NCBI RefSeq assembly: GCF_006345805.1
Contig: NC_043009.1
Coordinates: 47,430,001-47,494,000, forward strand
DNA from: Octopus sinensis
Lineage: Eukaryota
DNA: 64,000 nucleotides
Reading direction: 5' to 3'
The notes beneath the pieces were generated by a model that worked only from the letters and a program-made list of their open reading frames with translations, was not told the origin of the DNA and made no database searches. A program made the position numbers and the translations under genes. Shown piece by piece: positions 1-64,000 of this stretch (position 1 is its first letter; every line of letters begins with the position of its first letter).

Positions 1-661
1 CGACCTTGGCGGAATTTGAACTCAGAACGTAACGACAGACGAAATACCGCTAAGCATTTCGCCCAGCGCGCTAACGCTTCTGCCAGAGCACTGATATGGT
101 CACATGAGGCAAAATGGATGATGAGTAGTGGATGAAAATATAGCCATGTGCTGACAATGAAAGGTACCTGTGGGTAATTGTAAATTGAAAAAAAAACAAC
201 ATGAAGAGATATCTTGATGTATAGTCTCAATAGTGAAATGACAAATGCTGATGATGATTTGTGATATACAACAAGATAGACCTGTTCAACTCATTACAAT
301 ATGGTTAAGTGGATATTAAAATGATGATGATGATGATGATGATAAAGCATTTCCCTAAAGCAGCAATCATCAATAGAACTTTGTAGAATTGATGTCAGCT
401 ATTGACAGCTAATTATTTTGGCTAAAAGTGGAAAAGAATGGGTGATGGTTGAATGAAAAGAAAGTATCAATTTTACATACAACACATACATATGTTTCAT
501 GACTGCAACAGTGGAGTTACACTTTGCCAAGCCAGATGATCCAGTCCATATTAACCCTAGGTACTAATAAATAGTGGGGCTGGACAGTATTGTTATTGGT
601 GAGAAGAATCATTGCCATAGAATATTCTAACAGCATATAAATAGTCATCTTTTGTATAGAG

Positions 662-812
662 CAGTGGTCCTCAACATTTTAACAATGTTTTAAATATATT
701 CCTAATATTTAATTATAAAAATATAATAGGATTTCTTTAAACATCGAATGGCTATGAAGGGTCCTTCCAAATAAGGTAAGAATCAAAAGTAGGAGATGGT
801 TGAGAACCATTA
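662..812. mobile_element. hAT (Charlie-type) MITE
   Basis: Termini CAGTGGTCCTCAAC...GTTGAGAACCATTA; 8-bp flanks gtatagag/gtctagag (7/8, NTCTAGAN-like). Related longer copy at 31938-32287. Confidence 0.75.
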
Positions 813-1834
813 GTCTAGAGTGTGCCTAGTGATGTAAACAAGCCTTAAATATTCCAGCTGGAGCACTAAAACAACTGCGGAGTCATGTGATGTAGTGGTT
901 AGGGTATTGGACTCATGATCGTAAGATTGTGGTTTTGATTGCTGGACTGGGCAATGCATTGTGTTCTTGAGCAAAACACTTCATTTCACATTGCTCCAGT
1001 CCACTCAGCTGGCAAAAATGAGTAATCTTACAACAAATCAGCATCCCGTCCAAGTGTGGAATATGCCGGGAAACTGGCCCTTATGAGAAGGTATGATCCA
1101 AGAAGGTAACTTTACCTTACTTTTTACCTTACTAAAACAACTATGTAACATCATCAGTCTGATAAGATTCAACGCAAACTCACACCTTGTTGTTTTCCAT
1201 GAAGAGGGTGAGAAAGTATAATGCTGAAATCTAAGCAAAGGAAAGCTAACACTCAAAAGTTCTGAATGGTGCTAAAGATGGAAGGAGCAAATGGATTTAG
1301 AGAAACTGCTTGTGTTTCCAAATTATATTGTAATGAAGAAACTGATTGCATGGTCTGACTAAAGAGATGAGAATGGCATTATCTTATGATTGGATGATCT
1401 TCCTGTCACTAATCCTTATTTGCTTTGCAAGTACCGGATCTCTTATTACACATGTCTATGAAGACACAATTCCAACTGAAGATTGGTTCACAGAGGAATT
1501 GACAACAATGTCATTGCTTGAAGTCCATTGATTTTTGGAGAACCACAAATATAAATGAACATACAGACTTGTGCTTGCCTATGGTAGCATGCAGTGGGAA
1601 GGAATCCAAAATCACGTGATTTGGAAGTGAATTTCTTAACCACACTAAGAAATAATAGCAAGTAATTTAACACTGAAGAACAGAGTTTCATAAAGAATTT
1701 AGTAAACAGATTTCTCTTGCAGGCAATTTGATTTAAGATAAAAAGATTTGGATGGTTTATTTCTGTAAGATTTTAATATAGTTAGATTAATGAGAAAATC
1801 CTTTGAAAATGTTATTGGTCAGCATGTTACTTAC

Positions 1835-63862
<62,028 letters not shown>

Positions 63863-64000
63863 CTGAAAAGACATAAACAAAAGAAAATATGTAATGAAAA
63901 GCAATTATGGCTTTTTTTTTTCATATTTACTTCAGGAATTGGCACATCTTCCCTAGTGAAAGCCCCATTTCTAAGGAGCTACTTCCCGTATTGTCTGTTT

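Overview
AT-rich, repeat-dense animal genomic DNA. The SINE families, (TA)n/(CA)n load and intron sizes suggest an octopus or other coleoid cephalopod, but that is an inference. The whole window lies inside one minus-strand gene, a cGMP-stimulated phosphodiesterase (PDE2A-type). Ten GT-AG exons between 63862 and 1835 splice in consistent phase into 764 nt covering GAF-A, the linker helix and most of GAF-B; the gene continues beyond both edges. The rest is intron (1.3-27.9 kb) filled with tRNA-headed SINEs, CR1, RTE and R4/Dong-type LINE fragments, Penelope-like relics, mariner, maT and hAT derivatives, foldback elements, a 33-bp minisatellite and microsatellites. I found no second protein-coding gene, real tRNA/rRNA or CRISPR array, and no demonstrably new system. 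The best leads are a minimal hammerhead-ribozyme-like motif with a variant core, a candidate 6-nt in-frame microexon, a pre-miRNA-sized hairpin, a 790-bp foldback, multimeric and module-shuffled SINEs, and SINE geometry that could drive back-splicing or exonisation. All alignments were done by eye, and repeat boundaries are approximate unless a TSD or TIR is quoted.
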